Shown piece by piece: positions 1-13,040 of a stretch of 64,000 bases of DNA; position 1 is the first letter of the stretch, and each line of letters opens with the position of its first letter. The notes under the pieces were generated by a model, which did no database searches, was not told the origin of the DNA, and worked only from the letters and a program-made list of their open reading frames with translations. Position numbers and translations under genes: made by a program. Source of the stretch: Eutreptiella sp. 'Long Island Sound 2002' (lineage: Eukaryota; Protista; Euglenida); the NCBI GenBank assembly GCA_964036045.1, contig OZ038379.1, positions 22,444,001-22,508,000 of the forward strand. Direction: 5' to 3'.

Positions 1-172
1 ATACAGAAACAGCATCCCTCCCTGTGTGCACCTCAAGATATTTGAAACGAGCAAAACTTGAGCATGAAATTATGGGCAAAATTGTGCACCCACTGAGTAG
101 TGGTTGAAAACAAGCTCTACGAGGCAATGCCACTCGGCTTTGTGCACCGAATAATGCCTCTAAACAAAGTTT

Positions 173-960
173 GAGCAAGGAATCTGAACGTTGGGACTGA
201 CTGGGCAGACAACAAAGGCTGCAAAAAATGAGCATATAATGCAGGAACGGAAGTGTTGAACGCAGGGTTCTCAGGAGTTGATCACTATGGCTGGCAGACA
301 CTGCAGCACAGGCACGTGGGTGGCACAATGCACTGCAGAAGAAATGCGCAAAAAAAAACTGTGAAAAAACCTCCCTGTGAACAAAATCTGAGCAAGGAAT
401 CTGGAACTGGGGACTGACTGGGCAGACTGCCAAAGCTCCAGAAAGTGAGCATACAATGCAGGAACGGATGTGTTGGGATGCAATCTCCCAGGAGTTGATG
501 ACTATGGCTGTTAGACACTGCAGCAATGTACAGGAAGGTGGGTGGCACTTTGCAGTGCAGAAGAAATGAGCAGAAAAAACCTGGCTGGATCACTCTGCGT
601 CTGAAAAGAGGTCCCCACTCAGCAACCACGACACACTGCTTGTGTGGACAGGCAAACAGTGGGGATCACTGTCATTCTTCTTCCATGTACTGACCACACA
701 CAATCTGCGTTGCAAAGCTCTCAGAAGTTGATCACTATGGCTGTCAAATGCTGCAGCAAAGCAGGGGCAGCTGGGTGGCACAATGCACTCCAGAAGAAAT
801 GAGCAGAAACAACCTGGCTGGATGTAGTCCCTTCCTCAAACCCGAGACCTTGGTTCCCCGGAAACATGCAATTGTGCACATGGGCTCTGGCCAACATGGC
901 CAAGTACTCGGCTTTACAAAATGCAGGCATGACCTACCAGACAATCTCAGTCTGCTCCAT
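173..960. repeat. Degenerate tandem repeat, ~217-233 bp period, with further decayed copies of its 3' part at ~1845-2330
   Basis: gagcaaggaatctg at 173 and 390; gttgat(c/g)actatggctg at 277, 494 and 727; tgtagtcccttcctc...aattgtgc...ctctggcca at ~822, ~1850 and (partial) ~2033. Confidence 0.65.
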
Positions 961-2410
961 AGGGGACTTGGAATGTTTTGAGAAATGAAAATCTACATTG
1001 AAAACCAAACACATGACACCAAGGATGGTGCCCATCACATGCCATTGCACACTCAGGAAACTAGGCAAAAAAGGGCAATTTGTGTGCGATTTGGTGAAAA
1101 AATCTCGGGGGGGGGATGTTTCTTCCTTCGAGAGGGGGTAGCTAGGGGGGCCATGTTTCTTCTTTCGAGACGGGGGGGGGGCATTGGCATGGGGGGTCCA
1201 TTGGCATTGGGGGGGGGGGGAGACTTTGTTGTCCTGCACACCTGAATAGCTGTCCTACATCCACCAGAACCATCAAAAACCCATTACCCTGGAAAAACCC
1301 TGGTGATGTGGAAAATTCGACCGTGGAACCAGGGGGCGGTTCTTGCGCAAGGTGGTTCCTAGGCATGGGGGGGGGGTACCTAGTAAAAATTTTTTTTGAA
1401 AAAACGTTCACTAGGTTTTACTACAGACCCGCTTGGCAGGCGCAAGCAGATTTTTAGGAACCTATTTCCCTTCGGGAATGTCCCTTGTAAAATACAACTT
1501 GTTCCCAAAACTGCGTCCAACGACCTGTGCCAAAACAGGTTCCCCCGCAGAGCGGATGAACATCACATTTGTCCCAGAGAGAAACATGGCTGTGCTGTCA
1601 AGTTCCATTCAGCGAAAGTGAGCAAAATGTCCTGCCATGAGTACAAAGGATACAAGTGGCAGTACCCCACAACACAGTCACCCACACAACAACACAATGA
1701 GCCGTAACGAAAAATTTTGGGTTGACCAAGTGACGGTCCCCCAGCCCCCCCCCCGGGGAACGACAAGGGGTGGGGAACGACAAGGGGGGGGGGGGGAAGG
1801 AAAGGGGGGCAGGGGGGTAGGAGTGAGACATTTGTTCCAGCTACCAGCATGTAGTCCCTTCCTCGATCTTGAGACGTCGGTTCCGCTGAGACTTGAAATT
1901 GTGCCCCTGGGCTCTGGCCATCATGGTTGAGTGCCCTACTTCACAAAATCCAAGCATTACCTATGATCCGTTCAAATGACCTCTCTGCATAGGTCCCCCA
2001 GCGAAGGGAAACCCCTGTTCTCTGAGCAGATGAAATTGTGCACATGGACTCTGGCCACGGTGGCTGAGTACCCTACTTTACAACATTCAGACATTACCTG
2101 TGATCCTCTCCGATGAACTCTCTGCATAGGCCCCCCAGCTCCAAAGGGACACCCCTGTTGTGAAACACAAGTTCTGCGTAATGCACCCAAAACCTTCCAC
2201 ATTCATGACATCCCTGCATAGGGTACCTCCTCACCGCATGGAGCAGGCAACAAGGAAAGAGGGCCACTGGGTGCATATTGGGTCAGTCCCGCAACCCAGG
2301 TTCCCCTACTGTATGAAGTTGTGAACATGGGCAGGGGTTGGCTTGATGCAGTAGCACTCCTTGTAACCCCCCCCGTGCAACTTTTTGGGACATACATGAT
2401 GATCATGTAA

Positions 2411-2580
2411 AAATCTTTTTTTTTAGCGCGCAATCTTTTTTTTAGCACGGAATCTTTTTTTTTTAGCGCGCAATCTTTTTTTTTAGCGCGGAATCTTTTT
2501 TTTTTAGCGCGAAATCTTTTTTTTTATGCTAAAAAATAAGATAAGTGCTAAAAATTAAGATTTCGCATTAAAAAAAAAAG
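2411..2580. repeat. Small T-tract microrepeat foldback (atct(n)agcgcg, about 6 copies, then inverted gctaaaaa..aagat copies)
   Basis: Units of ~21-24 nt are directly visible, followed by reverse-complement A-tract units. Confidence 0.7.
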
Positions 2581-5500
2581 CTTGGACCCTCTCGCCAGCT
2601 CCCATTTGACTGCGCACTATCCAACAAGGGCCATCACTCCACCACAGGCCCGGTCTGACTGTGGCTGTGGATAGGAGACAGCACACTGAACGGAAATGTC
2701 ACAGAGGCAGGCATGAGCAACACAGCAGGTGATGCTCTGAATGCTGTGAACGGGTCTGCTTTTGGCAATTCGAGCCACCAAAACCAAACTGCGAACTTGC
2801 AACTGGCAAAACTGAAACTGACAAGCATCATACAAAAGAATAGAACTGCAAGAGTCTCCGGATTGTAGATCAAATTTAATAAAATATTCTTCACACATTT
2901 TCGACCCTTTTTTTTTTGGCTCAGACCAAGATGAGCTGGCGTAGCCTGCTCACTTTACAGTTTTACAGTTTTACATTTTTGACCCATTTTGGGTCCCAAA
3001 ATGGCCCATTTTAAAGGCTTCTTTGTGCTTTTGGCGGGCAACGGGCTCACAACGGGGTGCAAACACTTGTTTGAGCATCCCAAGTGGTCTGGGAACAACT
3101 TTGGAGAAACTCACTGTTGACCCACTGCAGACCCATTTTGGCCCAGGCTGGGTGGGCTCCGTGTGCTGACTCGCTGGGGCCAAATGCGCACTGGTAGGGG
3201 GGGCTTGGTGTCTGTTTGGGCCATTCTAATGGGCGGAAACCACAAAAACAGTCCGTTCTCTGTGCCTGGGTGTGGGTAGAGACCCCGAAACCCTGCAGAC
3301 TGAGACGGGCGGGTGGTCCCAACTGGGGGGTTGAGGATGGCAGTCGGGGTGAGGGGGTCAACAAAAATGGCTCAAAAGGGTGAGTGCATCACGCTGGTCA
3401 TTCTTGAGTCATTGATGTGGGGGTGAAAAGTTTTATCAAAATTTTCTCTCCAGCGCTTTAGGCGCCCTGTTTTCAGGCTTGTTGCAGCCCAAAGTTTTTC
3501 TGGTGCATTAGGCCCCCAGTGTTCTAGTTAGCATTTGAGGTAGGTTGGGGGTTTCAATTAGGTGGTGGTGGGGGGGGGTCCGACATTGCAACGCTCTGCT
3601 TGGACCCACACTGGGGCATGTGCGTTGATGTGTATATCATGGTCTCATCATTGATATATTTCAGGGCAAACTGGCTTGAGCACTGATGCCCATAAAAAGG
3701 CGCCAACGTCCCGGGGACATACCTGGACACTGGTGATGCATTCCCAAGGATGCCCCTTCGTTCGGTGCGTCAATGCACTTCTCCGAGACACTGCGCATTA
3801 TGAAACCCAAGAGGTTTCTGATGGGGTCGAACCTGTGCCCTCGGCAAAGGAACCCTGGAGCACTACTGCATTGAAACTGCGAATGGTCCAAACCACATCT
3901 ATACAAACAAGAGGGAGATAATACACCATGCGAGGTCTAGATCAATGTCTACTGCACACTGCACAAATGTGGGCGTGGCATATGGCCACACTTGCGCAGC
4001 ACAGAGACCGCAACGGCTGTCAATTGGAGTGCACTGAAGTGCAAAGTATGGTTTGTGCCATTCTTGTTTACTCCCTCAAGCCTACGCTTTGGGAGCGGAC
4101 GAAGGGTTGTGAATGAGGGGAGGGGAATTTCAGTGAGCTACCCATACTTCTTCCCCCACAACAAAACCCACAAAGCCAGGCATTACAAGAGAGCAGGTGG
4201 TGTCGGTATGGACGGATGGGTGGGTGGGGGGGGGGGGGACGGGGCACAGGCGTTGGCTCTGGTTCTGGTGCTGGTGAACGCCAGACCCGCGACTCCCTGT
4301 GTCACGCCGTGGGCACAGCGGACCTGAGGCCAGGAGGCGTGGTGTTTGGTCTCAGGCCTTCGAATTCCTTCCCTCAGCCACTGGACCGAAGCTCCAGTCT
4401 GCACGTCCTCTCCAGTGTGTATCGGGGCTGGAACTGGCGACCTTCCGGCCGCCGCACCGTCCATCATGCCGCCAGGGCACCAAGTCAGGGATTTTGGTGC
4501 GGAGAAGGGGTGTGTGTTCGGCCCAGCACCCCCTCCTCCTCAGGTTGTCGGCCTGAAGGGCCGGAAGAAAAACTCAGCAGAAAACGCCGCGGAAACGTTG
4601 TGGCCCCGGGCCAAGAACACATTTTATTGCGAAAATCACACAGAAAATACCCGAGCCTGTTGTAAGAGCAGCAGGGGGGAGGGGTCAAGGGGAAGGAGGG
4701 TTCTGATTCTAGCTGATCCGGCCCTTTTCCGAGGGGAACGGGGTTAACCTACTCAGGGGGGGAGTGCACCCCCAAAAAGGGCACCTGAGGGTGGGGCAGG
4801 TCAGCCCCCCACCCCCACCCCGAGAGGGGTACTGAGGGCGGGGGAGGACTGATGTACATCGAAGAGAATTGGTTTGCATTGCATTCATGGAAGGAATGGC
4901 CTCGCTTGGTCGCTCGGTAGTCGCGTCGAGGTTGGAAAGGTCGAACACATGGCCCTTCATCACCACGGACGTTCACTACCCCACCATTGCCCTCCCATCG
5001 CTCGTTTGCGCCGTTCTCCCTTGACTCGTGGCACTCGACTGCTGGCGGCTGCTGCAAACCAGTCGGCTCACACCTGAACCTCGTGCCACAGATCTGCCGG
5101 CTGATCCACGAGATCCACGAGTACCACGAGTGCCAAGGGAAGCCTCCTGCGACTAGCATGGCCCAAGAGGCAAGCACAACGGGGCAAAGGGTGGGGGGTG
5201 GGGGCAAGGGCGACCATCAATACGCGATGCACAAATCACTGGCAATGTGAAGATATGTTGCGCTCAAAGCTCTCTACACTTCGATTTAACACTGTGGGAA
5301 ACTGGGCATGGCAGGTCAGGGGGGTCGTTTTGGGGCTCCTTGTGCTTGCATGGCTATGCCGCATAGCAGTGGTGAGCGTCTTGATGCAGCCTTGCAACCC
5401 TCGACAGGACGACTATCAGCCATTTCCATAGCATCCAGGCATCCAGGCCGTGTGGCAGGCGGGTTTTCCAGCACAGCAAAGCCCTACAAAGTGACCGCCA

Positions 5501-6085
5501 CTACCCCTCCCTTTCAGGGGCAGGTCCAGGACTCCTGTTCCAACGGCGGAGGTGTGCACCGGACCCTCATATTACGGAGGACAGGGCTGTGAAGTTGCGA
5601 AAAACGCTCCTTTTGCTCAATGGTTGGCCTGAGATGAGCCACGAGGAGGGCATGAGCACCGGCGAGAGCACGGCAGGGGGGGGGGGGGGTTGGACTGACT
5701 CGACGATGTCGGGTTACGGCAGTGCCTGGCTGGAATCCACGGGTACACACAACCATGAAAGGAGACGTAGACTGAAGCTCTTGCAGGTAACAACAGTGGG
5801 AAGTGCATAGAAAATGAGTGATCTCTAATGGCCGACGCTCTCAGAAGACCCAGTCGGGGAGATGCACTTGATGACTGACGTGCAGAGGTATGACCAAGCA
5901 ATGAACCAGCGATGCTGCGACTTGCTGAGTCCGACATGTGACTGCACTGTGAAGCTGATGTTGCTCTAAATAAGGGGAAGGAACACTGGATGCCGCCGCC
6001 ACGATATTGTGAAGGAGGGGGGCGGGCCGAAAACCAGACATCATGCGAAGAATGAGTACACACAGCTCATCACCCTGGGTCTGCC

Positions 6086-7141
6086 TCACGGCCTCTGCTT
6101 GTGGATGGCCACCACGTACTCGGGATACACCTGCCCCCCCTCATACACCACAAATTCTCGGTGGCATTGGACTGCCGGCGGGAGGATTGCCTGCGGATCC
6201 GCAAACACGGAATCATGAGGCAGGCCTTTCCGACGCAGCCCTGGACCACTGACCAATGGGGCACGGCGCAAGGCGTCTTCCCGCAAGCCCCTCGTCGCCT
6301 TGTACACATGCCCAAGAGTGACACGGCAGACCAGCAAACACTGTTGCCCACCCCGACTGAGGTCTGGCTTTGCATAGTGCCGCTGCAGGGCCTTGCACGT
6401 CTCGTCCGTGAAGTACACCCCGGCCCCATACAGCCCCCCCAGACGCGACAGCCGGGCGTCGAACCCCTGCTCCACGATCTTCGCCGCGTTGGCGAACGTC
6501 GTCCCGTGGAGCAGCAGGTACTCGTTGGTGTCCCCGTCCAGCTCGGCGCCGAAGGGATGGGGCGGGATGGGGAGCCCCAGCGCCGGGTACCTCGGGTCCT
6601 GCAGCAGCATCGCCCGCATTTCCTGCATGTGGGCCCGCGTGTGCTGGTACTGCCGCCACAGCACCGGGTTCTCCACACGCTCCACGCTGACCACCCGAAA
6701 GGGGTCGGCGATGGCCCTGCAGCGCGCGTTGCTCAGGCGACGCTCCAAGAACGCCAGCACCGCCGCTCTGTCATGCTCGCCCCGCATCTCGTACCGGAGG
6801 CCCCAGGCCCCCTGCCCCCCACGGGCCCAGCTCGGCGGCAGCGCCGGGGCCCGCGGCAGCCCCCGCCGCGTCTCCGGCCCGGACGCCGCGGCGGTGTCCT
6901 GCGCCAACTCCCGCAACGTCCGGCTCACTTCCGCCGCCGCCGGCCTCTGCATCGGGGCCGCGCTCTCCAAGCGCCTCAGCAGCGCGTCGAACTGCCCCCG
7001 CCCTCCCCAGCCCTCCGCCCCCCTCATGACGGCTTTCAGGACCTGCCCCAGGCCGAACACGTCGCTCTGCTGCGTCCGGTCGCCCCCGGCCTGCACCTCT
7101 GGCGCCACGAACCCCTCGGTCCCCCACAGCCGCCGCGTCGT
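6086..7141 (-). CDS. Last exon of ANK-kinase-PARP fusion: kinase C-lobe end (GTEGFVAPE, SDVFGLG) plus PARP/ART catalytic domain
   Basis: ORF 6086..7246: RVENPVLWRQY, LLHGT, GFDARLS, GLYGAGVYFT, LLVCRVTLG, HREFVVYEGGQVYPEYVV. Acceptor is a (CT)n tract plus CAG ending at 7142, phase 0; exon is 1056 nt including stop. Confidence 0.92.
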   Translation of the reverse strand, partial: TTRRLWGTEGFVAPEVQAGGDRTQQSDVFGLGQVLKAVMRGAEGWGGRGQFDALLRRLESAAPMQRPAAAEVSRTLRELAQDTAAASGPETRRGLPRAPALPPSWARGGQGAWGLRYEMRGEHDRAAVLAFLERRLSNARCRAIADPFRVVSVERVENPVLWRQYQHTRAHMQEMRAMLLQDPRYPALGLPIPPHPFGAELDGDTNEYLLLHGTTFANAAKIVEQGFDARLSRLGGLYGAGVYFTDETCKALQRHYAKPDLSRGGQQCLLVCRVTLGHVYKATRGLREDALRRAPLVSGPGLRRKGLPHDSVFADPQAILPPAVQCHREFVVYEGGQVYPEYVVAIHKQRP

Positions 7142-7905
7142 CTGAGAGAGAGGGGGGGGAGGGGGGAGAGAGAGAGACGAAGAGAAAGAGAGAGAGGGAG
7201 GGACAGAGAGAGGGAGAGAAAGAGAGAGGCTTGTGTCATTGGGCATTTAGGCGGTCTATGGCATGCAGTACCTCCTGTGCCCACTCTCTTGCTCTGTCCC
7301 CTGTGGCCATGCTCATGATGGTATACCCACCATGTTTCCATTTTGTAATCTTCCTCTGTACTTTGCTGGGGACCGTGGCCGTGGTGTACCAGATGTGCTG
7401 TGCTTGCCCTCCATGATGGCACGAAAGCATAGAGGCTCCCCAAAACTCGGGGCCTCTATCAGCTGCAGCCCACTCGCAGGCAGGCTGCCTACTCTGAGAT
7501 GCGTTGCCCATCCCCCTCCCTACACACTGCACACACGCATGTTCCACAGCCCTTTGGCTGCCCCCTTGGCTCTTGCACCCCATACAGCCGCCAATGGACC
7601 CATGGCAAGGGGACGGGCATTGTTACTTCCTCCCCCCTTCCCTGCATGTATGTGCACCTGTGATTGGTGCGCATCAGGGCCGCATATCTCTTGGCACAGG
7701 GTAGGGACCAATACAAGCATTCTTTTGTTGTGCTCTGGGTAGCCGTGTGCCACATATGCTGCCCCTGTAAGTGCATGACTTGCAGGCATGTGTGCCTTGC
7801 CGGACCTGTGCAGAGACTGTCCATAGCCGCCACCACCTCTACACTGGGCACTGCTGTGGGGTACAGGGACCACAGGACAATGGCACGCTTTTGCATGTTT
7901 TGTAC

Positions 7906-10347
7906 CTGCGTGCGGGCCCCGCTCTTTTGGGAGAACTCAAAGTCCGTGAGGCAGGGCTCTTCCTGGGCGTTGACCAGGACGTTCCCGCACGTGACGTCGC
8001 CGTGCACGTACCCCGCGCAGTGCAGGCACAGCAGCAGCTGCGCCACGCCCCGGCACATCTCCAGCCGACGGGATGCCGCCACTGCCGGCCCTGCCGCCGC
8101 CACCCACTGCCCGAGGTCATGCGGGTACAGCGGCATCTGCACGTACCCATTCCGGTCGTCACGGAAGACCGCCTCCATGGGGCAGATGCAGTGGTGGCGC
8201 AGCTCGTATGTCTGCAGGACCTCACGCAGGAACCGGCGCATCGCATCGTCATCTACCAATCGGAACTCCTTCAGGGCACACTTCCGGCCGGCAAACTCCG
8301 CCTCGAACACAACGCACCGGGAGCCCATGTGCCGCAACACCCGGTTCTCGTACATGTCGAAGGTGCGGGCCGGGTCGTAGAGGCCCTCGGTGAACAGCCG
8401 CGCCAGCAGGTCATCGCCGCAGTCGCCGTACACGTCCTCCATCCGCACCTCCGGAAAATGCGTCCGGGTCGCCGCCATCAACTCCGCGCTGGCGGTGAAC
8501 GTTTGTTGGACATTGGCGGCCAACCGCCCGCGCAGCCTCTTCAACTCGTCGTGGAGGCGATTCGAATCCTCCGCAGCACACCGCTCCCTCACGCGCCGCT
8601 TCAGCTCCTGCGCGCCCCACGCCACCTCCTCCTCCAGGCGCTCCTTTGCGGACTGCAGGACTCTGAGCTCCTCGATCCTGCGGCAAAACTCACCGTCCTT
8701 CGCTTTCCCGCCTCTCCAGGCCTCCATTTCCCCTGCCCTCTGCCGGGCGAGCTCCACCAGCAGGAGAAGACTGCGGGCCTCCATGTGGCACTGCCAGAGA
8801 TGGCGCACGATCCGCTTGCACACCACCAGCAAACCACATCGTCGGCGCCGGTGGTCTGCCAAAGCCTGTTCCAGATCCACCAGGACTGAGACCAGGGAGG
8901 TGCCCATTGGGCCCCTCCCGGCGTCCCCACAGCACAGCCCTGCGAGATCCTGAAACATCGCGGCGGTGCAAGCCAGAGCATCCTCCAAACACCGGGACGT
9001 CAGCCGCGCGCACACCCCATCCCGAATGTCCGCATCGAGGGCTGGCAGCCAATCTGCGTCGGGTCCCTCCCACCCAACCTCTGTGAATTCTGTTTCTGCC
9101 CCGGCCCCGGCCCCGGCCCCCGAGTCTTCGTCTTCCAACCAATCCCGGACCGTTTCGTGCGCCCGCCGCGCTGCGTCGGCCACGTGCCGGAGGCCCGCCT
9201 CCACTTCCCCGTTCCCGAGCCGCTGGTAGTGGTCCAGGCACTGGACCCGCAGACCGTCGCGTTGGGCCACACGCGCCTGCGTGTCCGCCCCCTCGGCGGG
9301 TGCGGCGTCGCCCAGCAGCCTTTGCAGCTCCTGGAGCTCCTGCCATGTGCTCCAGGCCTCATTCCCGAGGTCACGCAGCTGCTGAAACTCCGGAGCGCCC
9401 ATGCCGATGACATTGTCGAGGGTTCGATTCCCAGGGCCCCCACTGTCACAGCGGCCACCACCCCACAATAATTCACACACCGGGGCCCATTTCTGGCTCT
9501 CACGGACCTGATCCGCAGCTCTCTGCACCAAAGCCACGACGGCGCTCAGGGACAGGCCAGCGGCCTGGGACGTCCCACTTTCGAGCTTCTGCCGCTTCCA
9601 TGGGGGCTCATCATCGACGAGGGAGGGGGGAGACTCCGTGGGGCGCGAGCCGGATGTGAGGTCAGCATGGAGCCCAGCGTCATGGCCGGAGCCGGGGTCA
9701 GAGGCAGTGCCGGGGCCGGGGCTGAGGTTGGGATTGGCAGCGGTGCCGGGCACACGGCAGAGGTCAGCATTGGGACCGGGGCCAGGGTGTGGACCCCGAG
9801 CAGGACCGGGACTGGAACCCGGACCGGGATCGGGACCGGGGCTGGGGTCCAGGCCGGGCGCCGGAGCGACAGTAGGGTGCGCCCTCTCCAACAACGACAG
9901 AATCGCCTTTGATTTACCGGTCACGTAGTGGCGCGGCAGGCAGCCGTCGTCATCCTCCAGCGCCGCCGCCTGGGAGCCCGCCTCCAGAATGGCTTCGACC
10001 AGCCGGGCGTCCCCACGCATGCACGCGGTGTGCAGGGCCGTCCTCCCCCGCGCGTTGGGGCAATCGATCCACAGCACCGGGCCCCCACGGTACACCACTG
10101 TGTCGCCCCGGTTGCGCTGCCACATGCCCAACGCCCGGAAGAACGCCGCGGTGTTCCGCTTGTTCACCGACCGGACGGCGGTCTGCAAAGCGGTATCCCC
10201 ATCACCTTCCGCATTGGGAAGGCCCAGGCACTCCCGTCCCTTGTGCTCCATCAGCAGCTGGAAGATGGCGGTGGTGCCGCTGTACGCAGCCAAATGAAAC
10301 GCCGTCCAGCCGCGGGAGTCTTGGATTTTGGGGTCGACACCCACTTC
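7906..10347 (-). CDS. 2442-nt internal exon of ANK-kinase-PARP fusion: ankyrin repeats, Pro-Gly linker, coiled coil, kinase N-lobe to DFE
   Basis: ORF 7489..10353: GWTAFHLAA, GDTALQTAV, GRTALHTAC (ankyrin); CALKEF, FLREV, VHGDVTCGNVLV, LTDFEF (kinase). Acceptor tttttgcag at 10348, donor CAG|GTACAA at 7905, both phase 0. Confidence 0.92.
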
Positions 10348-12398
10348 CTGCAAAAAGGGATGGAGAAGAGGGAAGGACCTCAGCTTGGCCCGGATACGGC
10401 ATGGGGTACATCATAACCATTATGTTTGTATGCGTTCCTGTTTCCCTCCCAATTTTGTGGACCCTGATATTGCAGGGGATACACAGTAAAATCCAGGCCC
10501 AATTCTCGGAATGGAGTCTTGTAACTCTGGAAGTGGAACCCACGAACCCCAACCTGCCCTGAGGAAAAAGAGCAAGCAGAGCCGGCTGCGGATCCCTGTT
10601 GACGGAAGCACCTGCTGAAGCCGAGGGTTGCGCGGTCTCTGCATTTGGAGAAGTGAGGATCCTACTGAGTTACTGTTGTGAAGCGGACAGGCATTGCCGA
10701 GCAACGTGTCGGTTGCAGCTGATTCCTGACAACATCAGGCACTGAGCCTTCCGTTCAGGAATTGTTGATTTCACAATCCGAAATTTCGTCATGCGGGCCT
10801 CCAGCACAGCTCCCCACCACTTCCCACTTCTACCAGACACAAACACGCAGGTATCACATCCCTCTGCCGCTGTTGTAGCGAACAGGCTTTTGTGTAATGA
10901 CCCCCTGAAGAGGAGTGCGCTACTCTCGGCTTTTGCATTTTGGATCTCTGGCAAACCCACCCAACCACCCACTGAACCCCACCATATGGTGACATGTGAG
11001 CTGTCACATGTGTGGTGTTGTTTGAGACGGTGTTAGCACAACAGGCAGCGCATGCAGATCACAAGAGTGAAAGAAAAGCTTGTCAAGAGCCGTAAACGGC
11101 CCGAGGAACCTTTCGCAAGAAGGTCTGTGGGAAGCGTATGCAGAGTGACCTCAATGCGCGAGAAAGAGGGCAACATCATCGTCGCATCAGAAGTAGTAAT
11201 TGTACAACGGCAGACGGCACAGGCATACAAACATGAACTGCTGCGGAGGCCAGAAACGCCGGCAACAAACAAAACCGGACAGCCCCAGGCACTGCCCACG
11301 TGTCTGTACCACAGTACTGCAGTACCCCTCACTCCGAGGGTGGGGCAACAGAACCTCTGCCATCACCGACCAATGTGTTCATCGCATCCTGAAGAAGAAG
11401 GGCGCTGCCCTTGCACTTCTTCCAGCCACAGTGCTTTGGGACGTCCTAGTGTTCCCGGATTTCCCTGGAACGATCGCTAATGATCACCCCACATTCATGG
11501 GTCAAGACACAGCAGTGGCCATAACAAAGTGGGTACAAAGAGTGCTACACGCAGCAGCAGGACACAATGGCTCGGAACACTGTTCAATATTCGGAAGAAG
11601 GTGGACGGTTGTCCAGTTCTAGCAACCCACCCAACAAGCGCCCCCCCCCCCCCCCGCAAGACTCAACTCTCATCGCCTACTGCACCAAACCGTATGTTCA
11701 TCGTTCACATCCTGCTACCAAGCTATCATTCACTTGTGCCCCCCCCTCCTGGCGTGGGGGGTACTATTTTCTCAACATTGCTGAAAATGGGGGATCCACC
11801 CACCAAACCTGAGACCAGCCTTTCCACGCATGCACCTCACACAGGTTCGGCTCAACGGCCACGCTGATCAGTTTTGAGTCGTTTTATGTTGTGGTGAGCC
11901 TGTCTGCCGAACCGTTTTCTCCGGCACCTTCTGCGCCCTGTTTTCCCTGTTGACATACCAATGGCTGTGGTTGGGGGGTCCGCAGGGTGGAGTTGGGGCC
12001 GGGGGGGGGGGGGGAGTAAATGAATGGTTGGTGATACTGGAGGTCCTGCCCAAACACTTCCAATCAGGAGATGTGTCTACTATACATTCTGCATCGACTG
12101 AGGTCTGCTAGAGGCTACAGCAAACAACCGACTTCAGGAAATCCATTTGCAACACCATATGGAAGCTGCCTGAGACCTTGGATTCCCTTCATCCAGACTC
12201 AAGATGACCGAGCCCAGCAAATGGCGAAGGCAACCCCCCCCCCCAAAAAAAAACACTACAACCAAAGTGTAAAACATACTGATCCTGGACTGTCCGGCAT
12301 CTCATCGTTTGGGAAAATTGGTTTAGCACAGTATGAATGCTTGGAGGGAAGGTCGGACTCTACACCTCAGGGCCCCCGTGACCACCTGTCAAACAAAC

Positions 12399-13040
12399 CT
12401 CAATCAGGAAGCGCACTGCCTCCAGACTGAAGGACTTCTTGTGGACACTGTGGAGGCCATGATGAAGGAGTGTTTGGCCGTGGTGGCCCCCATTGGCGAA
12501 GGCTGGGGCGTTCATGTCCACGGACGCCTGCCTGAGAAGGTTCACAACATCCTGCCACTCCCGACAGCCCAGATCACACCCGTCTGCTTGTAGTAGGTAC
12601 CACAGTGGCCCATGACGGTCCTGGCACTGAAGGGTTGCGTCCAGAAGGGGGTGTTCGAGGAGAGTCCGGCAAAGATCCAGCCTCCCGTGTTGGCATGCGT
12701 GCATCAGAGCCGTCATGCCCCGGTGCCCACGGGCGTTGACGTCGGGCGTCTTGAGAACTAGGGCGTCAAACAATGCGGGGGGTGCGCCCTTTGTTGCGAG
12801 GATCAGGGCTGTGTTGCCATGATCTCGACGCCCTGCGGGACCTGCAGAGCGCAGTGTAAGGTCCGCACCAAAATCCATGAGGAGCTTGAATACCCCCTCT
12901 GTCTTGGGGAGCTCCAGGGATGCTTGCAGGAGTGGACTGAGGCCCGCGTAGACCGCCTCACAATCCACTCCCGCCTGAAGGAGGAGATTGGCACAGTGCA
13001 CGTGCCGCTGCACATCCGCTTCCGGCTCCTCGAGTACATT
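12399..13040 (-). CDS. Internal exon of ANK-kinase-PARP fusion: ankyrin repeats
   Basis: ORF 12360..13112: GLSPLLQA, GNTALILA, GMTALMHAC, GQTLLHHG. Acceptor ctctacag at 13041, donor GAG|GTTTGT at 12398; 642 nt, phase 0/0; joins FLIE|EVGVDPK. Confidence 0.88.

Noticed and set aside
6101-7318. 405-aa plus-strand ORF (also 7771..8889, 9928..10416 and others)
   Set aside because: Antisense shadows of the GC-rich fusion-gene exons; no motifs of their own.
11052-11622. Protein-like plus-strand frames in a fusion-gene intron
   Set aside because: No assignable motif and multiple stops in adjacent frames.
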